From contig NC_068982.1 of NCBI RefSeq assembly GCF_001194135.2, positions 32,799,449 through 32,863,448 on the forward strand: a stretch of DNA of 64,000 nucleotides. The letters run 5' to 3'. Every line of letters starts with the position of its first letter. The first letter of the stretch is position 1. Positions 53,000 to 64,000 of the stretch are shown one piece after another. The position numbers and the translations under genes are program-made. A model generated the notes under the pieces. It was given only the letters and a program-made list of their open reading frames with translations, was not told where the DNA came from and made no database searches. Origin of the DNA: Octopus bimaculoides (Eukaryota).

Positions 53000-53380
53000 T
53001 TTTAACTCTTCTACTTGTTGAAGTCATTAGACTGCGTTCATGCTGGGGTACTGCCTTGAGGGATTTTTAGTCGAATGAATCAACCCCAGGACTTATATTT
53101 TGTTCATTGGTACTTTTTTTTTGCCGAACCGCTAAGTTAGGTGTGTTTACGTCTCCGTAACTTAGCGGTTCGGCAAAAAGAGACCGATGAATATATATAT
53201 ATATATATATATTTATACTATGGGCTTCTTTCAGTTTCCGTCTACCATATCCACTCACAATGTTTTGTTCGGTCCGAGGCTATAGAAGAAAACATTTGCC
53301 CAAGGTGACAAGCAGTTGGACTGAACTCGGAACCCTGTGTTTTGGAAGCAAGCTCCTAACTACACGGCCACCTCAGCGCC
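53000..53380 (-). mobile_element. SINE family A carrying an internal inverted duplication
   Basis: Minus-orientation copy in which 53140-53187 reads in plus orientation. Further partial family A copies lie at about 2670-3110, 9305-9370, 27195-27360, 29120-29230, 37250-37440, 41630-42180 and 62085-62225. Confidence 0.75.
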
Positions 53381-53669
53381 TATAATATCTAGTATAGATA
53401 CTGTAGGTGGGGGGAATCTAGTAATGACAGAATTGATAGTATCTGAGTTGAGAATTAGTAGTAATAGTATATTAAGTGTGAACTAGTAACGATAGTTGAT
53501 AGAGGGTCTTAAATATAGCAATAAAAACGAAGGGCGTATATGAAGCTTATATAAAAAAAATGCGATATTGTGTAGCAGTGCAAGAATGCTAGTAAATGGG
53601 CAAAATGTAAAAAAAAAAAAAAAAAAAAAAAAGAAATGTTTTAATACGCCATCTTTAATTTACTGCAAG

Positions 53670-55316
53670 TCTAAATTCAATGGCAGAAACGCCGAAATAT
53701 CGGCATGGCTAAAACATTCATTTTTCAACCTTATGATTCCATGTTTGGTCCCTCATGCGATACTTTGGTTAAGCGTATTCTGCTATAGAATCGAGTGTAA
53801 TACAATTATATAAGTATATATTTATACGTGACTGTATCTCAATCATTTACTGTCTCAGAATTCGAACAGTTATAGCGACTGAAGCCATAGGAGAATCAAA
53901 TATGGTATCATAGCAGATATCAACAATTCACTTTGCCTCAAATCGTCAAACGAAAATTCATTTATTTATAACATTATAATCTAACTATATTGTCCGATAT
54001 TCTGACGATTCCGCCCCTACCCATCCTTTGGATAACGTCATTGCTGTGGAAAGGGAATATTTGCTCGCTGGGCATCCACTAGTTTTTTTAATAAAAATTA
54101 CTTTTAAAGTTTACTTTCGGTGTACGATACTTGGAGAATTACTTTTCTGAGATCTATGAACCACGGTTGACTCTGATCGGCAGAGACCTTAGATTGGACA
54201 GGTGATATCTCTATTTGAAAAAGAGTCATTGGCTTTATTGAATACTATAAATTACAGGTCAAACAAAATAGATAAATACTTAGCAGAATTTCTTCATGTT
54301 CTTCTTATTTTGAGTACCAATGCCGCGGAGATCGACTTTGACTTTCATCCTTTCGGAGTTGATAAACTAACTTCTAGTTGAGCACTGGGGTTGATGTGAT
54401 CGACTTATCTCCCCACCCCCTCAAAATTGTTGGCCTTGTGCCTAAATTAGAAAGAAAATTATTATCATAAAAATATTTCCACGACTCAATTTGTTTCTTT
54501 CAGATAAAACTGTATATAGATATGTAGATATGATATATGTAACAGACATATTGAGCTTGATATGTTAATTATGTGATATTTACATATTTTGAAATATGTT
54601 TCAATTATGAGAATCTTAGAAAGAGTTATAGAATGAGAGGTTAGGGATATTTTCAAGATATATATCGTGTTATACATTATAGTTACTATTATTTATCCTC
54701 AGGTCATTCGTTATTCAAAACCCTGAGATTATAGTTGTTCATTCCGTATTTTTGCATATTTAGGAGAACATTGTAAATTCTGATTTAGACAGTGTCATAT
54801 ATAAGAGTGTAATAAAGATGGCTATTGATATGTGAGTTGAACGAAAATTCTTAGTGTTGAAGATACAAAGATGTAACGATGTGGAGATGTCTTAGATATT
54901 AGATATATAATATACCATTGGTATAAATAGAATATAGAGAGTTTTATTAAAGATGCTAGAGATATGTAGGAAACATTATTTTCAAACATAATTTTATCAT
55001 GGACAGCTGAATCGACACAGACAATGTAATAAAACGGAAAATTAGAATCAATAGATACACAAACAACAACAAATATACATAAACATAAAATTCGTTCTGC
55101 TATAACGGGAAATAACAGCCTTATCTTACTTGACATCTTAGAAACACCTCTCTAGCTTGGAGCCACTGCATCCTCTTTAGCGCCTACAACCAGCTCGTAT
55201 CAGCTGTTTTTACGCCACATAAAGAATGAGCAAGCTGAATATCTCAAGCAATCCGTTAGTCAAGTTGCGAATGTCTTTAAATTATTCTGCTATNNNNNNN
55301 NNNATCTATATATATG

Positions 55317-55352
<36 letters not shown>

Positions 55353-55416
55353 TATATATGTATATATATAAATATATATATATGTGTGTGATATATATGA
55401 TATATATGTATGTATG

Positions 55417-55450
<34 letters not shown>

Positions 55451-56291
55451 TGTATGTGTATATATGTGTGTGTGTGTATGTGTGTGTGTGTGTGCATATA
55501 TATGACGATAAAAAACAGTCCTCTATACCCTACCAACATGGCAAATACCAGCATGGCGGCACACTGAGTCAACTTGAAATCTGCATTTTATTCAAGCACC
55601 CGAAGGACACAACACTCAGATATATATATAAATAAAGCGAGCTCCCAGAAACGTTAGCACGCCGGACGAAATGCTTAGTGGTATTTCGTCTGTCTTTACT
55701 TTCTGAGTTCAAATTCCGCCGCGGTCGACTTTGCCTTTCATCCTTTCAAGGTCGATAAATTAAGTATCAGTTGCGTAATGAGGTCGATCTAATCGATTTG
55801 TCCCCTCCCCAAAATTTCGGGCCTTGTGCCTAGAGTAGAATATAACACGATATATACATAAACATAAAATTCGTTCTGCTATAACGGGAAATAACAGCCT
55901 TATCTTACTTGACATCTTAGAAACACCTCTCCAGCTTGGAGCCACTACATCCTCTTTAGCGCCTACAACCAGCTCGTATCAGCTGTTTTTACGCCACATA
56001 AAGAATGAGCAAGCTTAATATCTCAAGCAATCCGTTAGTCAAGTTGCGAATGTCTTTAAATTATTCTGCTATAAAACAACGACAAACAGTCAGGTACATA
56101 TGAAGAGACAGTAAATGATTGAGATACAGTCACGTATAAATATATACTTATATAATTGTATTACGCTCGATTCTATAGCAAAATACGCTTAACCAAAGTA
56201 TCGCATGAGGGACCAAACATGGAATCATAAGGTTGAAAAATGAATGTTTTAGCCATGCCGATATTTCGGCGTTTCTGCCATTTAATTTAGA
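53670..56291. repeat. 187-bp inverted duplication (53670-53856 / 56105-56291)
   Basis: 3 mismatches in 187 bp. Confidence 0.85.
55073..56072 (+). repeat. 221-bp direct duplication (55073-55293 / 55852-56072)
   Basis: 3 mismatches. The first copy ends exactly at a 10-N gap. Confidence 0.8.
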
Positions 56292-56818
56292 GGGCTTTTT
56301 TCAGGCAGACTCCACATGTGGAGAGCTGGCCTTGGTATGGGACATCAGAATCTCTTATTTTTGATTTTTGATTTTACTTTACTTCCCCTCTCATTCATTC
56401 TTTCCCGCATCTTTCCCATTCCTGTCTTTTCTCTCTTTCTTCTCTCTTTCTCCTTCTTTTCTCTCTTTCTCCTCTCTCTTCTATTCACTCACTCACAACC
56501 AACTTTTGTCTATCTTGATGTCTGTCTTTCTCACTTTATATAGCCACGTGGATCATTTACACTTAATCCATTCCTTCAAAATGAACGCATCATTCACAAT
56601 ACTGCCAAAATACTGCCTGGATTTACCTGGGATTAAACCTAAGGGCCTATACCTTCACGGAAGTAGGGACCAACCTCCATACGCTCTTGAAAAAAGATGA
56701 ACTATGAACTTTATTCTCCTGTCTGTATTCTTTTATCTACTTTTACTCTTTAATCTTCTATTTTATTCCTTATAAACTGCGAATATCCCTGTCTGAAACT
56801 TTCATACACACTCACCTT

Positions 56819-57115
56819 GTCTCTGATGGAATACTCAGCGCAGGGACATACTAACCTATCATTTGGGATATCCCAGAAACAGCTGCAAGACTTCAAATTC
56901 ACCTTACCCTAAATTATTATAAATGACTTGAGATACGCGTCCTACCTTGGTTCTTGTTGTCTTTTTCCTCTAATATATACCTGCTAACACGGAAGCCTAA
57001 TACGGATCCCTAGCTCCAGCCTCAGCCTTGAACTTAGAACCTAACGGATGACCAATTATAGCACTTACTCAGCGTGTCTATTCATTTAGATCACCATTGA
57101 ATTAAACACCTCATA

Positions 57116-57116
<1 letters not shown>
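56819..57116 (+). mobile_element. Diverged paralog of the 51.4-51.7 kb hammerhead-bearing repeat (ribozyme probably inactive)
   Basis: GTCT-CTGATGG-...-TGGGATATCCCA-GAAAC-AGCT-GCA-AGAC at 56819-56891, with A9>G and U16.1>C. Downstream sequence resembles 51480-51705 (TGACTTGAGAT; TTTAGATCACC..GAA.TAAAC). Confidence 0.6.
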
Positions 57117-57160
<44 letters not shown>

Positions 57161-57669
57161 NNNNNNNNNNNNNNNNNNNNNNNNNNNNNNNNNNNNNNNN
57201 NNNNNNNNNNNNNNNNNNNNNNNNNNNNNNNNNNNNNNNNNNNNNNNNNNNNNNNNNNNNNNNNNNNNNNNNNNNNNNNNNNNNNNNNNNNNNNNNNNNN
57301 NNNNNNNNNNNNNNNNNNNNNNNNNNNNNNNNNNNNNNNNNNNNNNNNNNNNNNNNNNNNNNNNNNNNNNNNNNNNNNNNNNNNNNNNNNNNNNNNNNNN
57401 NNNNNNNNNNNNNNNNNNNNNNNNNNNNNNNNNNNNNNNNNNNNNNNNNNNNNNNNNNNNNNNNNNNNNNNNNNNNNNNNNNNNNNNNNNNNNNNNNNNN
57501 NNNNNNNNNNNNNNNNNNNNNNNNNNNNNNNNNNNNNNNNNNNNNNNNNNNNNNNNNNNNNNNNNNNNNNNNNNNNNNNNNNNNNNNNNNNNNNNNNNNN
57601 NNNNNNNNNNNNNNNNNNNNNNNNNNNNNNNNNNNNNNNNNNNNNNNNNNNNNNNNNNNNNNNNNNNNT

Positions 57670-57898
57670 TATTTCTTTACTACCCACAAGGGGCTACACA
57701 CAGAGGGGACAAACAAAGACAGACAAACGGATGAAGTCGATTATATCGACCCCAGTGCGTAACTGGTACTTATTTAATCGACCCCGAAAGGATGAAAGGC
57801 AAAGTCGACCTCGGCGGAATTTGAACTCAGAACGTAGCGGCAGACGAAATACCGCTAAGCATTTCGCCCGGCGTTCTAACGTTTCTGCCAGCTCGCCG
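57670..57898 (-). mobile_element. Young SINE family B copy
   Basis: Very close to the reverse complement of 44776-45008. Other single copies lie at about 16700-16890, 20785-20960, 25523-25733, 26065-26285, 31428-31565, 49795-49910, 54320-54460 and 55635-55843. Confidence 0.85.
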
Positions 57899-57982
57899 CT
57901 TATTTATGTGTGTGTGTGTGCGCGTGCACGTGTGTGTGTGCGCGTGCACGTGTGTGTGCGCGTGCACGTGTGTGTGCGCGTA

Positions 57983-58021
<39 letters not shown>

Positions 58022-59873
58022 ATGTATACATATACACAAAATTTTATTTTACCGAGTCAAATTTGAAATCTTTTATGTAATATTTGCTATTATCTATCAA
58101 TGTTCTAGTTCGTGCAACCTAACACAATGTAATGAATCTTCCCTAAAAACAACAAACTGAAAGTCTTTTAACCGAAAATAATCACAACGAACAATTAAGA
58201 TTTTATTTCACGATGACACTAAAGCTATGCATGCCGAAGAGATACGTAACCTTTTTAACAGAAACATTTTTTACGAATGAATGTCATGTAAAAATATACT
58301 GTTATTTTATAAAAGTGAGAAATTGTGGGCAGAATGAGAAAGAGAGGGAGCAGAGAGATAGAAAGGAATAAGAGAGTAAAGCAAACTAGATAACAAGTGA
58401 GAGAGGGGAAGTGAAAGTGACTGAGTGAGAGCAATTAGAGAGTAGAGTGTTGGAGGATTTGTTTGTTGTTAGATATGTATACATCTTGATTTTGAAGAAG
58501 TTATTTCAAGATCTGCATGAAGAAAACTTGAAAGCGAATAATCAATTGAGAAGTAGGAAAGAAATGGTATAATCTTTATGGAAAGAAAATGAAAGAAATT
58601 GTGAGAGGGAACGAAAGAAATAAAACTGAAAGTTAGACTATTTAGATGAAGAGAACAAGTAGAAAAGTGGCAGTTTCATAATGATAAAATGTCGTTAAGA
58701 CACGACTGGTGGATCGTAGTATTTTCTAAGTAACAAAACGGTTTTGCAAGAGTAATTTGACTACATTCTAGTATATAAAATTTCTTAAACATAAATTGGC
58801 AAATGTTAACTGGAAACAAACAAGTTGAAGTAGTCGCTGGAAACAAACACTCACTAAACATAGACACAAACAAACATAAGCAGAGTTACATAAGCATACT
58901 TGGATGTAAAAAAACACAAGAGAAACCTGAAGTATATATTAGATTGCACAAACAACATTATGATTTCATTTTAATCGTCTAAACTGTAAAATAAGAACAG
59001 ACATATGACGTCTCGGAAACTTTATACTGAGTGAAAGGGGAAAGAAAATGTGTCTCAAGATGTAACAGTTAAGTTATTGTCTTCAGAAAGAATAAACTAT
59101 GGCACCATATATCCCCAGCCCCAAATGTAAGGGTGATTGATTTCTGCTTATTAGTTAGTTTTCCAAATACATACATGTACCACTTTTGGAATATATAAAT
59201 GTAGTACACATGTGGTCACTCCACTAAAGTGTATGTAGGATGAGGCTGCTAAGTTAAGCATATCCACAAGAGACCTAGTACTGCAAGCTAAAGAAAAACC
59301 CGTCTACATTCGTGTTGCACTTTCAGTGCTTATGAAAAGCCAGGTAAACTATGCAACTGTATTATTAAAATTCGGCCTTATTTCACTCCAACCGATGAGA
59401 TGCAACTCCCAGACATAAACGCAAGCTTTTATCCTAGTTTAAAATACAATAATATATACAAATTTTGTGTGACACAACAGAGATACCCTCATTCTTTTCT
59501 TATTCTCTAACATGAACGTTGTTTTAATGCTTTATCTGTGGATATATTTAGATGTTTCCAGTGAAATATGTGTATTACTATTAAATACATATATATATAT
59601 ATGTACTAGTGTGTGTGTTTGTGTGTGTGCATGTGTGTGAGAGAGAGAGGGCAAGAGAGGGAGAAACTGAGAGTGTGTTGTGAATGTGAGATGCAGAAGT
59701 CAACAATGCGAAGATTATTTATTTTTTATTCTTTAAAATAACTGACATTCATTTTATTCTATCGCTATGTTGATATTTCGAGCCCGCATATGATAAAACA
59801 ATTTTTAAAGACTATTGGTAAAAGCATCGTAACCATTTATAAGTGAGTCAAGCATTAGCATGTGGTGTACTTC

Positions 59874-59915
<42 letters not shown>

Positions 59916-62243
59916 TGATTCCACCAGCCCCAGGGCCAGCAAATGGCCACGATAGTTCATAGGGGTTTCTGTGGTGAGACGTCTTTTACGGGCGACGAGT
60001 ACTGGTCTTACGTCCAAACTTACTTCTTTCTCAACATGGCTTGAGACATACTATGACAGAGTTACATACATACACACACACATACATACATACATACATA
60101 CATAAATGCATACACATACATGTACATGTACGCACATACACACACCAGACATATATAAGTATGTATGAATGTATGTACGTATATATGTGTGTATGTATGC
60201 ATACATACATGCATGCATGCATGCATGGAGACACACACAGAAACATAGAGTATTTGATCAGTTACGGTCTTAGATATGTTCTTCAAACTTGGCGTTAAGG
60301 AAATGGACATTGCCCTAAAATTACGTACGTTTGCTATGTAGTTATATTTATGTTCATGAGAGTTCGTTAAGGCCCTGCTTGTACTTTACAATATTGACTG
60401 AATTTGTGGATACTTTTTTTTACAATAACTATAACCAAATAACATAAAGCAAGATTTTATCCGTTACTTATAGCTTCCAAAACATTATTGATAATTATAT
60501 ACGTGTCTGTGTGCGAACGTGTGTACGCATGTTTAAATGTATGCATATAGATACGTATACATACACCACATGTATATTTGTACGTGCACAAGCACGTACA
60601 CGCACGCGCGCATACACACACACATACAAACGCACACACAGAAACGTACATACGTACGAACCCGCACACATAATATATGTGTAATGTTTTATAGAGGATC
60701 TAACTCAGTCGTTGTTTTTGAGATCATACATATAGATCTTTTATAAAATTAGTTTAATTTAATAACAAACATCACTATTTAATCTAGATAATATTGTCTA
60801 TGCTTATTTAATGAGATAAAGCTATATTAATACTTTTAAGACTCATATGTTTGATTACTAACAAATTTAAGATAGGATACCATCGACATGAGTATTCTTT
60901 GCAGAAGCTGTCTAGAAATGTATAGTTTTCCTAGATAGTTTCTTCAAGGAATATATGTGCCGATAACATCCAATATCGAATTTGTTAATAATTAATATTA
61001 TGCATCTCTTGCAGATTCCTCTCAGTTCAAAATAAGCAACAAGGCTTATGATTTAGAAATATGCATGTTTAATAGAAAAGAAAAGCTTACACGAGAAACC
61101 AAACCGCATGCAGTTTATTCACTGCTGAAGCAATCAGGATCTGTTTACCAAGGATCATATCTTGAAAAGAATTCAGAGAAAATTAATTTATGTCTATAGA
61201 ATATGTAGAGCTTATATATAAATTTTTAATTTGCTTTATTCCCGTAGATTTAACAATACGATTATAGCTATAATCGTTTATATGTCACATATTAAACAAC
61301 GTCGACCATCATCTCTCAAAATAAGCATAAACTAGACTGATTCTAAATACCTGTGATAATTATCACATTGTGTTCTGTCTTTCTAATATGTATTGCCCCG
61401 TATTTTTGCATGCTATGTGATTACCACTTAAGTATTGCCTCCCAGTTGCTTCTACAAATCTTTAAGTAATCCTATTCTATGCATCTCTAATATCTAGTAC
61501 TTTAATTATGTAGAACTTTTAATGTTTTAAAGTACCTACTATTTTTTCACCTGACTAGGGTTGTTATATATAATTTCAAAAAGTACTGCCATTTACTAAT
61601 TTTTGCGTAAATAGCCTGACTGTAGACTACTGATATTACTAGGAAAGTATACATTTCTAGTGGTGTATACAAAAAGCTTTTGAACATTTTAGCTGAGTAT
61701 TTGATTAAAAGAACTGTTACACCATCATATCTGATATGTTTCTTGCTATATTTTTTCCGGCACTTACGCTCAAATTTCAACTTCACCATAATCAAATTCC
61801 ATTAAATAATAAGGTTATTACGCTACAACGACATCGAGTACTATGTAAAAAAAAAAAAATGAGAGACTGTCTTTGAATTTCCAATAAACCCACAAAACTA
61901 ATGTAGCATGAGTCCACAAGAGACTTATGCATCCAAAGATCCCGCCAGGTTTTCGTAATTGAAAAGAAAAGTTACATCGGTTTATGCAAAAGCAATTTTA
62001 AAAGACGTTATGTATATCAACAGTCTTCTTTCTGGCACATCGACAAATGTAAAGCCACAAAGTTGTTTAGCCACCTATGAGGTTTGAATCAACCACAGGA
62101 CTCATTCTTTGTAAGCCTAGTACTTATTCTATCAGCTTCTTTTGCCGAACCGCTAGTTTACGGGGACGTAAACACACCAATATCGGTTGTCAAGCGATGG
62201 TGGAGGGACAAACACAGACACACCAACATATATGTGTATTTTT

Positions 62244-62427
62244 ATTAATATTTAGCAGAAGTAACTGAGTGACTCACGGTCCAAGAGTTTCGTGCGTTGG
62301 CACTTATCAATATATTTATCAACAGCTATATAAACTCATAGCTCTTCCACAGGTAAAGAGTCTGATAAATGCCAACGCACGAAATTCTCGGAGTTTGAGT
62401 CACTCAATACTTCTGCTAAATATTAAT
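62244..62427. mobile_element. Fold-back element with about 66-bp inverted arms (62244-62309 / 62363-62427) carrying a variant hammerhead motif
   Basis: Arms are about 88% identical (7 mismatches, 1 gap) with a 53-nt spacer. It could alternatively be read as a TA-flanked MITE. Confidence 0.6.
62358..62405 (+). ncRNA. Variant or degenerate type I hammerhead motif
   Basis: GAGT - CTGATAA - A-TGC CAAC GCA-C - GAA - ATTC TCGGAGTTT GAGT - C (GUC site) - ACTC. All three stems pair. The core has A instead of G at position 8. Confidence 0.5.
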
Positions 62428-62442
62428 GTATGTATGTGAGTA

Positions 62443-62486
<44 letters not shown>

Positions 62487-63912
62487 TGAGTGTGTGTGTG
62501 TGTGAGTGTATATATACTCACATATATATATATATGCACAAATACACATATTTATATATACAGATACATACATACACACACATACACACACATACACACA
62601 CACACACACATATACGTGTATATGTATGTATGCGTGTATGTGAGTATGATATTCATCAATGTCAGTGAAAATAATCTCACACACCACAAATTTACAATTT
62701 ACGATATACTCCTACTTAAGGTGGAAGTCAACAGGAGAAATGAATGATTAATTGTGGATGACTAGAATTTCCGTCTTCACTTCAATAAGTTTTGAAAAAT
62801 ATAACCGTAACATATTTGTGACATACTCTTCTATGCCGTCGTTAGTGTCAAATGTACTAAAATACCCATGGAAAATTTATGATCGTTTTTGAGTTCGGAT
62901 TTAGGGACATATATGTTTCCATGCGTGTGTAAGAGAGACAGAGAGAGAGAAAGAGAGGTAGAGAGTGGGGGAAGAGCGAAAGTGAGAGACGGGGAAAAAG
63001 TGAAAGCGATTTGAAAAGTAATTGAGGGATATGTTAGACAAGCATGAAGAGAAGGATTTTAAAAAATAATGAGCATGTAGATATACATACACAGGCTCTC
63101 CCTTTCTCTCTCCCTATATATATGTGTGTGTGTATTTATGTGTATGTTGTTANNNNNNNNNNNNNNNNNNNNNNNNNNNNNNNNNNNNNNNNNNNNNNNN
63201 NNNNNNNNNNNNNNNNNNNNNNNNNNNNNNNNNNNNNNNNNNNNNNNNNNNNNNNNNNNNNNNNNNNNNNNNNNNNNNNNNNNNNNNNNNNNNNNNNNNN
63301 NNNNNNNNNNNNNNNNNNNNNNNNNNNNNNNNNNNNNNNNNNNNNNNNNNNNNNNNNNNNNNNNNNNNNNNNNNNNNNNNNNNNNNNNNNNNNNNNNNNN
63401 NNNNNNNNNNNNNNNNNNNNNNNNNNNNNNNNNNNNNNNNNNNNNNNNNNNNNNNNNNNNNNNNNNNNNNNNNNNNNNNNNNNNNNNNNNNNNNNNNNNN
63501 NNNNNNNNNNNNNNNNNNNNNNNNNNNNNNNNNNNNNNNNNNNNNNNNNNNNNNNNNNNNNNNNNNNNNNNNNNNNNNNNNNNNNNNNNNNNNNNNNNNN
63601 NNNNNNNNNNNNNNNNNNNNNNNNNNNNNNNNNNNNNNNNNNNNNNNNNNNNNNNNNNNNNNNNNNNTAATTCCCAAATTTTATTTTGGTACTTATGGGA
63701 GCAACTGTCTTCGAAGACTCATATTGTCGTCCAATGCTCGAAATGAGGAGTAGATAGACAGCCAACAACTGATGAAGGGTCGTTCTTTATATTACTTGCC
63801 CTGTTTTCCGTTGTTTCTCTAGTTGTTTGCGTATTGAAGTCAGTTGTTTTCGTATTTCATGTTGTTTACTGTTGGTGACGTCCTGTACCCATATATGCAT
63901 ATATATATACAT

Positions 63913-63981
<69 letters not shown>

Positions 63982-64000
63982 TATACATACATTATTTATA

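Noticed and set aside
59055-59095. Hairpin AAGATGTAAC-AGTTAA-GTTATTGTCTT with CTGAAGA on the minus strand
   Set aside because: No GAAA or GUH at the correct positions; too degenerate to call.
732-63768. Long ORFs in the supplied track (e.g. 1727-2545, 3214-4104, 30043-31324, 51705-52439, 63044-63768) and many CVCV/HTHT/YIYI ORFs
   Set aside because: They are open only because of N-runs or dinucleotide repeats and have no protein-like content.
63740-63815. CTGATGAAGGG...CCCT as a hammerhead core
   Set aside because: No GAAA follows the putative stem II and no stem I or III can be built.

Overview
AT-rich, microsatellite-dense animal genomic DNA from a gappy draft assembly: about 16 N-runs, nearly all flanked by (CA)n, (TA)n or (GA)n. 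The SINE families and microsatellite load resemble an octopus (coleoid cephalopod) genome; this is inference from recalled repeat sequences, not a search result. I found no host protein-coding exon, tRNA, rRNA or CRISPR array, and the long ORFs in the supplied track are artefacts of N-runs or dinucleotide repeats. The window looks intronic or intergenic and is filled with transposon remains: a degenerate Ty3/Gypsy gag-pol (about 9.9-13.4 kb, minus), a Tx1/L1-type LINE 3' fragment (13.8-14.7 kb, plus), an RTE-type LINE 3' fragment (49.9-50.8 kb, minus), dozens of tRNA-derived SINEs in several families, Tc1/mariner-type MITEs and a probable Helitron end. The most interesting signal is a recurring architecture. 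Three sequence-unrelated fold-back elements (7.0-7.5 kb, 51.3-51.6 kb, 62.2-62.4 kb) have inverted arms carrying type I hammerhead ribozyme motifs pointing outward on both strands. These look like non-coding Penelope-like (pLTR) or retrozyme-like derivatives. A decayed paralog lies at 56.8 kb and a fourth, more degenerate motif lies in a 187-bp inverted duplication at 53.7/56.1 kb.
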